The notes under the pieces: model-generated
The model's database searches: none
Told to the model about the DNA's origin: nothing
Seen by the model: only the letters and a program-made list of their open reading frames with translations
Origin: Candidatus Multivoradales bacterium
Lineage (GTDB): Bacteria > Acidobacteriota > Thermoanaerobaculia > Multivoradales > J023
DNA length: 64,000 nt
Assembly: GCA_965248925.1 (NCBI GenBank)
Contig: CBDFLE010000006.1
Location: forward strand, 3,072,001 to 3,136,000
Direction: 5' to 3'
Program-made: the position numbers and the translations under genes
Part shown: positions 30,402 through 40,104 of the stretch, piece after piece
How the letters are laid out: each line of letters starts with the position of its first letter
Position numbering within the stretch: position 1 is the first letter of the stretch

Positions 30402-30475
30402 CTGCTTGGCGACGCCAAAGCGAGGTCGATACCCGAGAGCCCGCGCCGGCAGGGGGAAGGGAGTACCATATCTAA

Positions 30476-31684
30476 ATGACCATCGATACGTCAGCGGCAG
30501 GGGGCCACCTCTTGCACAATGTCGTGGTCTTCGTTCGTCTGCTGCGCCAGATGGGCTTGCCGGTAGGGCCACCACAGGTGCAGGCGTTGGTCGAGGCGTT
30601 GGGCCAGGTCGACCTCGGGTCGCGGGCCGAGGTGCGGGCGGCGGCGCGGGCGGTGTTGGTCGGGCGGCGCTCGGAGTTGGGGCTTTTCGACAGGGTGTTC
30701 GAACTCTTTTGGCGGGCCGGGCAAGAGGGAGCGGATCTCGGGATTGGCAGCGGCAGCTTCTTGCGCCGGGCCAGACGTGCGGCAGCACAGACCCTAGCCC
30801 ACTCGCCCGCAGCGGACGGCTCGGCGCCGCAGATCGAGTCGCTGGAGACCGTGGTCGAGAAGCACTTCACCTACAGCGACCGCGAGCTGCTGCGGCACAA
30901 GGACTTTGCCGAACTCACCCGCGAGGAACATTTGCAAGTGCGCCAGCTGTTGCGCCGGGGTGCTTTACAGCTGGCTCCGCGTCGCTGTCGCCGCCGGGTG
31001 GCGTCCCAGCGCGGAGCCACTTTCGATTTGCGGCGCTCGTTGCGTCGCTCGCTAGCTTATGGCGGCGAGCTGATCGATCTGGCGTGGCGCGAGCGCAAGC
31101 TGCGCCGCCGGCCATTGGTGGTGTTGTGCGACATCAGCGGTTCGATGGAGCCCTATGCGCGCCTCTTTCTGGAGTTGATCTACTCCCTGAGAACCGCCAC
31201 CGACCGGCTGGAGGCGTTTGTCTTCGCTACTCGACTGACCCGCATCACCCTTCAATTGCAGCATCGCGATGTCGATCAGGCGTTGCGCCGGGCGGCGGCG
31301 GTGGTGGTCGATTGGGGCGGCGGCACACGCATTGGCGAGTCGATCAAACGGTTTAACTTTGATTGGGCGCGGCGGGTGCTCGGCCACGGCGCGGTGGTGA
31401 TGGTGATCAGCGATGGCTGGGATCGGGGCGAGGTCGATTTGTTGCAGCGCGAGGTGGCACGATTGGCGCGTAACTCGAGTCGGCTGATGTGGCTCAATCC
31501 GCTGCTCGGCAGCGCCGGCTACGAACCTCTGACCCGAGGGATCCGGGCGGTCTTGCCGCATGTGGACGATTTTCTACCGCTGCATAATTTGGCCAGCCTG
31601 GAGCAGCTGGCCGAACAGCTGCGGCGACTCGATCATCCGACCCGTCGGCCAGCGGGTCATCGAGGAGAGGCCAGACATGCGTGA
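30476..31684 (+). CDS. coxE: VWA-domain protein CoxE
   Basis: MIDAS motif DISGSM, WGGGTRIG, SDGWD, WLNPL. Confidence 0.9.
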   Translation: MTIDTSAAGGHLLHNVVVFVRLLRQMGLPVGPPQVQALVEALGQVDLGSRAEVRAAARAVLVGRRSELGLFDRVFELFWRAGQEGADLGIGSGSFLRRARRAAAQTLAHSPAADGSAPQIESLETVVEKHFTYSDRELLRHKDFAELTREEHLQVRQLLRRGALQLAPRRCRRRVASQRGATFDLRRSLRRSLAYGGELIDLAWRERKLRRRPLVVLCDISGSMEPYARLFLELIYSLRTATDRLEAFVFATRLTRITLQLQHRDVDQALRRAAAVVVDWGGGTRIGESIKRFNFDWARRVLGHGAVVMVISDGWDRGEVDLLQREVARLARNSSRLMWLNPLLGSAGYEPLTRGIRAVLPHVDDFLPLHNLASLEQLAEQLRRLDHPTRRPAGHRGEARHA

Positions 31685-32753
31685 GGTAATGCCACAGATC
31701 GAGGCTTGGTTGGCCAGCGGCCAGCGGGTGGCCGTAGCGACGGTGGTCAAGGTGTGGGGCTCGGCGCCGCGTCCGTTGGGTTCAAAGATGGCGATCTCCA
31801 GCTCTGGCGAGATGGTTGGATCGGTCAGCGGCGGCTGTGTCGAAGGGGCGATCTTCGAGGAAGCCCAATCGGTGCTCGCTGACGGTCGTGCCAAGCTGGT
31901 GGGCTACGGTATCAGCAACGACCAAGCCTGGGCGATCGGCCTGTCCTGTGGCGGCCGCATCGAGGTGTTCATCGAGGCTCTGCCGCGGTCGGAGCGGGGC
32001 GAAGTTGGCGAGATCTTTGCCGGTCTTCGTCGCTCCTTGGCTGAAGAAAAGCTGGTGGCGGTGGCGACGATAGTTGCGGGTCCGGGTCTGGGTCGTCAGC
32101 TTCTGCTGCGCCCTGCGGTAGAGCCCGTGGGTAGCCTCGGTGGTAGCAAGCTCGACCAACAAGCGGTTGCCCGCGCCACCCTGGCCGTCGGTTGCTTGGC
32201 CGCGCAGCGTTTTTCGGTGGATCTCGAAGGTGAGTCTATCGATGTCTTTCTCGAAGTCCACGCGCCCCGTGCCCAACTGGTGATTATCGGCGCGGTGCAT
32301 GTAGCTGTGGCGTTGGTCGACTACGCTCGGGTGCTGGGTTTGCGCACCGTGGTAATCGATCCCCGCACCGCCTTTGCCACCGCGGAGCGCTTTGCCGGCG
32401 CCGATCGGCTGATCACAGAGTGGCCGCAAGAAGCCCTGGCCGAGGTGTCGCTCAACGAGTCGACCTCGGTGGCCTTGCTCAGTCACGACCTCAAACTCGA
32501 CCTGCCAGCGCTGCAGATCGTGTTGCGCCGGCCGGTGCGCTACATCGGTGCTCTGGGCTCGAAGAAGACCCACGCCAAGCGGGTCGCGGCGCTGCGAGAG
32601 GGTGGCTTCAGTGAAGCTGAGATCGGTCGTATTCACAACCCGATTGGGTTGAATCTAGGCGGCCGCCGGGCCGAGGAGATTGCCCTTTCAGTGCTCGCCG
32701 AGGTGGTGGCGGTCAGCCACGGCCTCGACTATCGACCGCTCGCGGAGGGCTAG
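31677..32753 (+). CDS. XdhC/CoxF molybdenum cofactor chaperone
   Basis: GSAPRP.G, GSVSGGCVE, LSCGG, YIGALGS, PIGL.LGG. Confidence 0.9.
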   Translation: MREVMPQIEAWLASGQRVAVATVVKVWGSAPRPLGSKMAISSSGEMVGSVSGGCVEGAIFEEAQSVLADGRAKLVGYGISNDQAWAIGLSCGGRIEVFIEALPRSERGEVGEIFAGLRRSLAEEKLVAVATIVAGPGLGRQLLLRPAVEPVGSLGGSKLDQQAVARATLAVGCLAAQRFSVDLEGESIDVFLEVHAPRAQLVIIGAVHVAVALVDYARVLGLRTVVIDPRTAFATAERFAGADRLITEWPQEALAEVSLNESTSVALLSHDLKLDLPALQIVLRRPVRYIGALGSKKTHAKRVAALREGGFSEAEIGRIHNPIGLNLGGRRAEEIALSVLAEVVAVSHGLDYRPLAEG

Positions 32754-32755
32754 CC

Positions 32756-33376
32756 ATGACCCGAGCCACGTCGTGGGTCTCCGGGGTGCTGCTTGCGGCC
32801 GGCCGTTCGCGCCGCTTCGGCGTTGAGCGCCCCAAGCAGTTGGCCGAGTTTGAAGGCGAAGCGCTGGTGCGCCGTGCCGCTCGCCGGGTCTTGGAATCAC
32901 GCCTCGACGAGCTGGTGGTGGTCGTTGGCCACTGCGCCGCCGAAGTCGAGGCGGCGCTGGCTGGATTGTCGGTGAAGTTCGCACGCAATCGCGCTTATGC
33001 TGCTGGCCAAAGCACCTCGGTAAGAGTCGGCGTCAAAGCGCTCGATCAACGCGCCAGCGCTGCCCTCTTTCTGCCTTGCGACCAACTCCATCTCCAGGCG
33101 CGCCATCTCGACCAGCTGATCGAGCTGTGGCTGGCGGAGGCTCCGCTGCTAGTGGTCGCCACCTGTAAAGGCCGACGCGGGTTGCCAACCCTCTTCGCCC
33201 GGCAGCTGTTCGCCGATTTACTGGAGCTGGAGGGAGATGAAGGCGGGCGCCAGATCCTTGGCCGGCATGAGGCGGACCTCCGCTCGGTCGAGCTCGACGA
33301 TCCGTGGGCGCTGGTCGATATCGATACCGAGGCGGATCTCGAACGCTTGGCGCTCGGTGGCGGCTCTTCAAGTTGA
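32756..33376 (+). CDS. mocA: Molybdenum cofactor cytidylyltransferase (MocA-like)
   Basis: LLAAGRSRRFG..KQL, GQSTS, GDEGGR, DIDT. Confidence 0.85.
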   Translation: MTRATSWVSGVLLAAGRSRRFGVERPKQLAEFEGEALVRRAARRVLESRLDELVVVVGHCAAEVEAALAGLSVKFARNRAYAAGQSTSVRVGVKALDQRASAALFLPCDQLHLQARHLDQLIELWLAEAPLLVVATCKGRRGLPTLFARQLFADLLELEGDEGGRQILGRHEADLRSVELDDPWALVDIDTEADLERLALGGGSSS

Positions 33377-33571
33377 GCTGTCGAAGTCTGTAACTGTCCA
33401 ATCCCCGAAGAGCAACGACGTTGCTGTCTGGAACGGGGAGATGTGCCAGTGCCCCGGTGGTCGCTGTCCGCAGATTGGGCGCGAAAGCTCGCCATGGACG
33501 ATTTTTCTGGACTCCCGCCACCAAGTGCTTCATGCTGAATTTAGGATGAATGAGTAACAGGGGAGCACACG

Positions 33572-33844
33572 ATGCACCGCACGCAAGACACCTATCCGCT
33601 GAGCCATTTTCGCCAGCACACCGGTGATCACCTCAAGCGGCTCGAAGAGGGCCGGGTTGAAACCATCACCCAGAACGGTGCCGCCGCTATGGTCGTCATG
33701 AGCCCGGCGACCTACGACGCAATGGCGATCGAGCTTGAGCGCGGCCACCTCTGGGATCAAGCAATTGCCCGGTTTGATGCCGGGGAGAGAGGCGTGGACG
33801 CTATAGCAGCGATCGACCAGGTAGCAGCGCGACTGAAACGCTAG
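33572..33844 (+). CDS. Phd/YefM antitoxin
   Basis: PLSHFRQ, ITQNG.A.MVVMS...YD. Confidence 0.8.
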   Translation: MHRTQDTYPLSHFRQHTGDHLKRLEEGRVETITQNGAAAMVVMSPATYDAMAIELERGHLWDQAIARFDAGERGVDAIAAIDQVAARLKR

Positions 33845-33846
33845 TC

Positions 33847-34188
33847 ATGAGTGGAGCGGTGTATGAAGTTCGCCTCGATCCGGCCGCCCTTACCGCTCTC
33901 GATCAGGCCGCCGACTACATCGAAGCGCAATCCGGCACTGACCGCGCTATAGATTGGCTCGCTGCCATGCGCGGTGGCATCGAAAAGCTTGAAACCTCCC
34001 CGCGCGCCTTCCCGGTCGTGTGCCTGAGGCGGGGCCGGCCGATCCACTCCAAGCTCGTCATGTCCCACCGTGTCTACTACTTCATCGATGAGCCCACATC
34101 CCTGGTCTACGTGATCGACCTTGTGCATACCGCGCGAGAGACCAAGCTGGCTACCTACCGGGACCCGCAGGAAGGCAAGCAGCCGTGA
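33847..34188 (+). CDS. RelE/ParE family toxin
   Basis: YEVRL...A...L....DYI, HRVYY.ID....V.V..LVH.AR; coupled to the antitoxin gene. Confidence 0.82.
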   Translation: MSGAVYEVRLDPAALTALDQAADYIEAQSGTDRAIDWLAAMRGGIEKLETSPRAFPVVCLRRGRPIHSKLVMSHRVYYFIDEPTSLVYVIDLVHTARETKLATYRDPQEGKQP

Positions 34189-34550
34189 ACGAAGACACTG
34201 ATATGGAACGACCATTTCCTCGATCGTAGCCAAGGAGACGGTCGTTCCATCAGGCCTACCAAGCCCACTAGGGCAACGTCATACTCGACCAGCTGCCAGC
34301 TCTTGTCGGACTTACCTGTATGGTAGGTGGTGGGGCGCCATCGGCCGAGGTTGGGGTCGAGCTGCGGGTGACGGCACCGTTTGAGCGACGCAATGAGAGT
34401 TGTGAGTTGCTTTTCGCAGCTGCTTTGTTGCTTTGTCTGGAGCGCCGCGAAGGATTTCCTGAATTTCTTGTCGAGCCACGTCGGTTTGTAGGGCCGAACC
34501 TCCCTCTCAGCCGGCTCTGAGGGTTTGCTTGACGTAGTCGGACGGGTCAT
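34155..34550 (-). CDS. Hypothetical basic protein, putative toxin partner of the Panacea antitoxin
   Basis: Overlaps the antitoxin 3' end; loosely RelE-like start (LDKKFRKSF..L); C-terminus may be truncated. Confidence 0.45.
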   Translation of the reverse strand: MTRPTTSSKPSEPAEREVRPYKPTWLDKKFRKSFAALQTKQQSSCEKQLTTLIASLKRCRHPQLDPNLGRWRPTTYHTGKSDKSWQLVEYDVALVGLVGLMERPSPWLRSRKWSFHISVFVHGCLPSCGSR

Positions 34551-35106
34551 CAATAGGATCTCCCCAATGGGCTCGATTGCTCAAGTCGAGATCAGCAAGC
34601 TTGCGGGCGAAGCTCTGCCAGCCTGCCGCTAGTCGCGCGAAAGCGTTGCTGTCTTCCGCCGCCCGCTGGTTCGAACCCCAGATACTCATCTCCAAGTCGC
34701 TATTCAACGCCTTGGTGAGCTGTCCCAGGCTACCCGCATCCAAGTGCCCAAGCTCACGAGCCACCTCGTCGATGACCAGAAGTTCTTTCTCGTCTAAGCC
34801 GTTGCTATTCCCGGTGCCCAGTTTGATCAATTGGCCACCTTCCGAGAAGTCGTGTGCCTCGACCTTGAAATCAGGGGAAATATCCTCGTGTGAAATGGCT
34901 CGATAAATCTCGCGGGTGACGACTCCGTAGTCCCAGGTTTCGTGGATGCCTTCGGTAATTCGGTGTCCGAGAACCTGGTTGGCTACCACATCCACGAGAT
35001 AGGGCAACTTGACGGCCTTGGTCTTGGTAATAGGGCCAAGTTGCTCGCAGAGACGTGCCAGGACCGACTTCAGCTTGCGGGGCAGTGAATTCTGCGTGAT
35101 GACCAT
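34507..35106 (-). CDS. Panacea/SocA-like (DUF4065) antitoxin
   Basis: TKTKAVKLPYLVD.....LG.RIT......WDYG motif; GAGGAG RBS. Confidence 0.72.
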   Translation of the reverse strand: MVITQNSLPRKLKSVLARLCEQLGPITKTKAVKLPYLVDVVANQVLGHRITEGIHETWDYGVVTREIYRAISHEDISPDFKVEAHDFSEGGQLIKLGTGNSNGLDEKELLVIDEVARELGHLDAGSLGQLTKALNSDLEMSIWGSNQRAAEDSNAFARLAAGWQSFARKLADLDLSNRAHWGDPIDDPSDYVKQTLRAG

Positions 35107-35213
35107 GATTGCAACTCCTCTTCGGCAGCGGCGACAGCAGAAGTTACGCCGTTGTTACGCTTATTCTACCAAGATATGCCCGTGTCCAGCAAGTAACAAC
35201 CCTGCCTTTTGCC

Positions 35214-38200
35214 CTATTCCACCTTCACCGAAGCCGACACCAGTGGCAGTTTCCAATCGTTGATCACCGTGCCTTGGGTGTCGAGGTGGCTGGCGATGAA
35301 ATATAGCCGTTGGGTGTCGGGGGAGTTGCCGGCGGTTTCGAAGCGGCGTTTCAACCAATAAGGCTGGAACGCCTGATAGTACATCTTGACCTGGACGGTG
35401 AGCTGGGTCGGGTCGGTGCCCGTCGGCAGGGGGATGATGTAGCGCAGCTGGTCTTGGCCTTTGAAGCCCGGCACGCTGTCGTAGTCCGGGTCGCCGTCCA
35501 CCCCTACCGGGTCGGTGGCTTCCATGAACTGTTGCAGGATCTCGCTGCTGAAGTCGTGAGCCGCTTTCCAACCCTTGGGCAATAGGCGGTTGTCTTTCAG
35601 ATGGACGTCACGGTGGATGAAACTGAAGGTGACATCGTCTTCGCCGTCGAGCACTACTTCTTCGTAGATCTGCACTTGGTCTTGACGGGTGATCGGCGGT
35701 GCGGTCGGCGGCCCGCCGTCGGGATCGGGAATGCCGTGGTAGTGGGGCTGGGCTTTGTTGTCTTCGAAGAACTCGGTGGGCAGCGGTTGTTCGCCGAGAC
35801 CTTCGACGATCATGCCCACCGAGTTGGTGCGTCCCGAGGCCCAGATCACTTCACCGCCGCGGGCGCCGTCGAGCAGCAGCAACTCCAACCAGCTGCGGCG
35901 GAAGCCGACGCCGCTGGGAAAGCGGTGGCCGACCAGGTTTTTCACCGTCACGTCGGTGGTCAACTGACCGTCCTGGACGCCGACGATCTCTACTGAAAGC
36001 TCGACCGTGTCTTGTTCGGCCTGGCGTAGCATGTTCTCGATCGCCAGCCGGTTGCCGGTCGAGGCCGAGGTCATGTAGTCGGTCTCAGCGATGCCCAAGA
36101 TGGGGTCGAATTGGTCGAACATCTCCAACAAGAAGACGTTCAGGCCGACCATCTCGTGGCGACGGTAGTCGTCGCGAAAGGGAATGGACAGATCCTCGGG
36201 CGGCAGGCTGTGGTCGACGGTGGGATAAGTGCTGTCCTGAATCGAGGCGATCTGGCTCGAAAGGGGCTCGATATCGATGGTGCCGTCGAGGCTGTGGAAG
36301 CTGTTCGGCATGTGGCAGTCCTGACAGCTCTGGAAGGTCTCCTCATCACTGGCGAAAGCGCTGTTCTGCCATTCCAGGAAAGTCGCTTGTTCGATGCTGT
36401 GCGGAAACTGAGTGAGGAACTTGGCATAGTCGACGCCATATTGCTCTTGCAGCCGATCGGCTTGGAGCTTGGCCGAGGCATCGAGGGCCGGGAACTCGAA
36501 GTCAGTCGAGTCGACATTTGGCAAGTTGATGGTGTGGCAGGTGCCGCACATCTGTGAATCGCGGATGTAGGCGTTCAACCGTGGGGTGATGCCCAAGGCA
36601 TTCTCCATCGGCAGCTCTTGCACCTCGGCAAACGGGCCGTTGAGTTCGTCTGCCGGGCTGTAGGGGAATTGGCCGGTGGTCGAGGTCATCAGGAAGTTCT
36701 CGAGTTCGGTCCAATTCTTGCCCGGCGTGGGTTTGGGTGGATCGATGTGGTGGCAGATGGTGCAGCTGATGCCTTCGCGGGCCAGGTTGCCGTATTTGTG
36801 GAATTGATCGTTGAGCGGTGAGCGCTGGGCCTGGTTGAGTGGGGTGAAGGCTTGCACGTACTCGCGCTTGAAGTTGGGGTCGAGGTGGGGATCGTCCCGG
36901 GCATCGATCAGCAGCTGCCGTTGGCCCATGGCGCCGTGGCAGCTCAGGCAGGTGTTGACCACCGCGTTCTTGGCCTCGGCGAGGACCTTCTTGCTGCCGT
37001 CGAAACGCTGCGGATATTCCTCAAAGTCGCTATCGAGCATCGCCATCTCGCCAGCCAGCTGGGCAAAGAAGGCCGGGTCGCGACCGGCCAGGCCCATCGG
37101 TGACCAACGCCACTCGCCGAAAGGGGAGATGTTGTAGCCATCGCCATAGTTGGCACCGGTTTGCAGGAACATGTTGACGCCGTAAGGAGCGCCACCGAGG
37201 CCGCCGTGGCAGCCGATGCAATTGTCTGAGGTGATGAATTGCTCGGCGCCGTCGGGGCCGGCCGGCACATGGTCGGCCCACTGACCGGGGAAGCTCTCGA
37301 CTTGCGAAGCGTTCTGCGGCAACCGCCCTCCCTGGCCGAGTTGGAAGTAACGCAAGAACTCGCGATTGGGCGAGTCGAGGGAGTCGGTGACCAGATTCCT
37401 GCCGTCGGGGGCGGTGGTCGCGGCACTGGAGTTGCCGTGGAAGGCGTTGAGGAAGAGCAGCGCTTCACCCTCGCCACCGGCAGGTCGTTGCTCGCTGGGC
37501 AAGTTAGTGCCCGGTGAGCTGCCGCCGACGCGCCACGAGTTGTCGACCCGGAACTGAATGCCGCCGCCTTCTATGTTGTCGAGCGATGCGAAGGTTGACT
37601 CATCGGCGGCGGTGGCGTGGCAGCGCAAGCAGGAGGCCTGGCCGTGATCTGAATCGCGAAACTCGAAAGGAAAGTCGTCGTTGTCGAGGGTGGCGGCGAT
37701 TGCCGCTCGGTACTCATCGGCGGTCTTGCCCTCGCGGTCGACCCGACCTGGTCCGGACCAGAACCAACCGTCCTGGGTCTGGTCGTCGCGAATCATCACC
37801 GTCCAGCTGCCGATTTCCGCCTGGAGTATGGAGTCGTACTCGGCGCAGCCTGCTGCGCAGTCTGCCGGCCGGCGTTCTTCGTAGCGGGCCGCTGGCGGGT
37901 TGAACATTTCCTTGACGATCATCGAGCCCACCGGCAGCTCTCCTTGGCGATTGTTTTGCAGCCAGCGGTGGACTTCGGGCGAGTAGTAGATTCGCACCGC
38001 TGGGTGGGTACCGTAGTTGGCGCCCAAGATGAAGGGTCCGCTGTCGCGCACTTGGCGATCCCGAGCCCAGCCGAGGCGGGTGTAGGCACGCTCGTTGATC
38101 CAGGTGTAGAGCACTTGCTCGTAGTCCGCCAGCAGCATGGTGCAGGGCAGCGGCAGGTTGCCGCCGATTTTGATCGAGGTGTCGCAAGTAGGACTAGCAG

Positions 38201-38282
38201 CTGCCGCACTCACTGAAGCGGGCAGCGTCAAGAGGAAAGCAGAGGAGAGAACGAGGGTACCCAGGGCTCGGCGTAGCGACAT
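35214..38282 (-). CDS. Secreted multiheme cytochrome c with an N-terminal cytochrome P460-like domain
   Basis: Signal peptide; LPVGSMIVKEM...WTVMIR....GWFWS...CLRCH; five further CxxCH motifs (CIGCH, CLSCH, CTICH, CGTCH, CQDCH). Confidence 0.85.
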   Translation of the reverse strand: MSLRRALGTLVLSSAFLLTLPASVSAAAASPTCDTSIKIGGNLPLPCTMLLADYEQVLYTWINERAYTRLGWARDRQVRDSGPFILGANYGTHPAVRIYYSPEVHRWLQNNRQGELPVGSMIVKEMFNPPAARYEERRPADCAAGCAEYDSILQAEIGSWTVMIRDDQTQDGWFWSGPGRVDREGKTADEYRAAIAATLDNDDFPFEFRDSDHGQASCLRCHATAADESTFASLDNIEGGGIQFRVDNSWRVGGSSPGTNLPSEQRPAGGEGEALLFLNAFHGNSSAATTAPDGRNLVTDSLDSPNREFLRYFQLGQGGRLPQNASQVESFPGQWADHVPAGPDGAEQFITSDNCIGCHGGLGGAPYGVNMFLQTGANYGDGYNISPFGEWRWSPMGLAGRDPAFFAQLAGEMAMLDSDFEEYPQRFDGSKKVLAEAKNAVVNTCLSCHGAMGQRQLLIDARDDPHLDPNFKREYVQAFTPLNQAQRSPLNDQFHKYGNLAREGISCTICHHIDPPKPTPGKNWTELENFLMTSTTGQFPYSPADELNGPFAEVQELPMENALGITPRLNAYIRDSQMCGTCHTINLPNVDSTDFEFPALDASAKLQADRLQEQYGVDYAKFLTQFPHSIEQATFLEWQNSAFASDEETFQSCQDCHMPNSFHSLDGTIDIEPLSSQIASIQDSTYPTVDHSLPPEDLSIPFRDDYRRHEMVGLNVFLLEMFDQFDPILGIAETDYMTSASTGNRLAIENMLRQAEQDTVELSVEIVGVQDGQLTTDVTVKNLVGHRFPSGVGFRRSWLELLLLDGARGGEVIWASGRTNSVGMIVEGLGEQPLPTEFFEDNKAQPHYHGIPDPDGGPPTAPPITRQDQVQIYEEVVLDGEDDVTFSFIHRDVHLKDNRLLPKGWKAAHDFSSEILQQFMEATDPVGVDGDPDYDSVPGFKGQDQLRYIIPLPTGTDPTQLTVQVKMYYQAFQPYWLKRRFETAGNSPDTQRLYFIASHLDTQGTVINDWKLPLVSASVKVE

Positions 38283-38466
38283 TGACGACACCTCCATCCG
38301 GGCTCTCTGCCCGGTTGGCTAAGAACGGTTGGCTGGTGGATCGCGACCAGTTTGCCCGGCCATTGGAGGGTCGTCAAGAACCGCTGGATCTAGAAAAGGT
38401 TCACTCGCCGGCCGCAGCGGCCGGTTTGGGTTGCGGTGGTCGCGGACCGGAGCTGGCTTGGCTAGC

Positions 38467-39237
38467 TCAGAGCCGGTGTTTGGGGCGGCCCACCAGGCTG
38501 GTGATCACCCCGTGCAAGGTGCGGACTTCTTGATCGTTGAGGTCGGCCCGTTGGAAAAGGTTGCGCAAGTTGCGGACGATGCTTGGGCGCAACTCCTGGG
38601 TCTTGAAGAAGCCGGTGGCGTCGAGAGCGGTTTCGAGATGGTCGAAAAAGCTCGCCACTTGGGCCTGGGTGGCGGCTGGATTTCCGGCTCTCTGAAGCAC
38701 TCGCGGTGGCGTTTGATCGCCGGACAGGCGCCACTCGTAGGCCAGCAACAGCACCGCCTGGGCCAGGTTGAGTGAGCTGTAGGAAGGATTCAGCGGCACT
38801 GTGACCAGGGTGTTGGCCAGGGTCAGCTCGTCGTTGATCAAGCCGATGCGCTCGCGGCCGAACAACACCCCGACGCGGCTGCCGGCGTGGACCTGTTGGC
38901 GCATCTCGGTGGCTGCTTGGCGGGCGGTGACGACATGTTTGGCCAGGTCCCGTGGCCGCGCGGTGGTGGCATAGACCTGCTGCAAATCGGCCACCGCGCT
39001 GCGGCAATCAGGGTAGACCCGAGCCGCGTCCAAGACCCGGTCAGCGCCCGAAGCCGCTGGTCGCGCCGCCGGATTGGGCCAGGGATCGCGCGGTGCGACC
39101 AAACGTAGATCCTCCAGGCCGCAGTTGAGCATCGCCCGCGCCGCCGCACCGATATTCTCGCCCAGCTGGGGTCCGACCAAGATGATCGCCGGCCCGGTGT
39201 CGGCGCTGGTTTGTTGGGAACTGTTGGTACCTGCCAT
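38467..39237 (-). CDS. trmJ: SPOUT tRNA/rRNA methyltransferase, TrmJ family
   Basis: PQLGENIGAAARAM, FGRERIGL.N.E, SSLNLAQAV. Confidence 0.88.
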   Translation of the reverse strand: MAGTNSSQQTSADTGPAIILVGPQLGENIGAAARAMLNCGLEDLRLVAPRDPWPNPAARPAASGADRVLDAARVYPDCRSAVADLQQVYATTARPRDLAKHVVTARQAATEMRQQVHAGSRVGVLFGRERIGLINDELTLANTLVTVPLNPSYSSLNLAQAVLLLAYEWRLSGDQTPPRVLQRAGNPAATQAQVASFFDHLETALDATGFFKTQELRPSIVRNLRNLFQRADLNDQEVRTLHGVITSLVGRPKHRL

Positions 39238-39264
39238 CGGGAAGAGCCTTTCAGAGCGCGCAGG

Positions 39265-39678
39265 CTACCAGGGTGCGACGGTTTCCCAATCTTCGATGCG
39301 CAAGCCGGGAACGCGACTGAACTCGCGGGTGTTGTGGGTTACCAGCACCAAGTCGTGGGCGCGCGCGGTGGCGGCGATCAGTAGGTCGTTGGGGCCAATG
39401 AGTCTGCCTGCAAGCTCCAGGTCGGCGCGAAGGATGCCGTAGTGCTCGGCGCAGAGATCGTCGAAGGGCAGGGTGATGAGTGGCGCGAAGAAGAACTTCA
39501 AGAGGTCCAAGTTCTGCGATACCTTGGCTCCTTTTCTGGCGCCAAAGAGGAGTTCCGCCTTGACCACCGAACATAGACGGAGGTGGCTGGGTTGAGTCTG
39601 CTGGGCACGCTCGATGAGCGCTGCCGAGGAGTGGTTCAGAATGCGGATGCAGGCGTTGGTATCGAGCAGATAGGTCAC
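39265..39678 (-). CDS. vapC: VapC/PIN toxin
   Basis: YLLDTN, AEL.FGA, IGPNDLLIAA.A, LVTHNTREFSRVPGL. Confidence 0.93.
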   Translation of the reverse strand: MTYLLDTNACIRILNHSSAALIERAQQTQPSHLRLCSVVKAELLFGARKGAKVSQNLDLLKFFFAPLITLPFDDLCAEHYGILRADLELAGRLIGPNDLLIAATARAHDLVLVTHNTREFSRVPGLRIEDWETVAPW

Positions 39679-39899
39679 AGCTTCTCGCGTTGCTCGAAGG
39701 CCCCCTGGGGCGACCGTTCGAGTGGCTGGCCTTGCCAGCCGCCTACAATCCGCTCAAAGTAGTTCGCGGGCCAGCTGTCGCCGATCTGCCTCTGTACGAG
39801 ATCCGCGACATAGCGCGACAGGCTCAGTCCGGCGGCCTGCGCCCGGCGGCGAATCTTGGCTTCGATGGGCTGGGGAACGTAGAAGTGGATTTGCGCCAT
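39675..39899 (-). CDS. RHH-type antitoxin
   Basis: MAQIHFYVP....KIRRRA.AAG.SLSRYVADLV; GGAGG RBS; overlaps the vapC start. Confidence 0.8.
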   Translation of the reverse strand: MAQIHFYVPQPIEAKIRRRAQAAGLSLSRYVADLVQRQIGDSWPANYFERIVGGWQGQPLERSPQGAFEQREKL

Positions 39900-39914
39900 G
39901 TGATTACCTCCTCT

Positions 39915-39945
39915 GCACATACATAAAACTATGTGCTGTATTCTA
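39915..39945 (-). promoter_or_regulatory. TA operator and -10 element
   Basis: Inverted repeat GCACATA-N8-TATGTGC immediately downstream of TAGAAT. Confidence 0.55.
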
Positions 39946-40104
39946 GCGATCGACGCCGAGACTGTCAAAGGCGAGGCGGCTGACCGCTGGGCGACAGACG
40001 CAGTCTGAACCGATAGAATCCATGTACCCCGCTCTAATCTGGCCACAGGGCCTGCCAGCAGGCCCCGGATACCGTTTGGACTTCACTCTTCAAGGAGACC
40101 GCCC

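Noticed and set aside
29950-31356. 468-aa plus-strand ORF
   Set aside because: It is a shadow frame across the TA module and coxE with no protein-like features.
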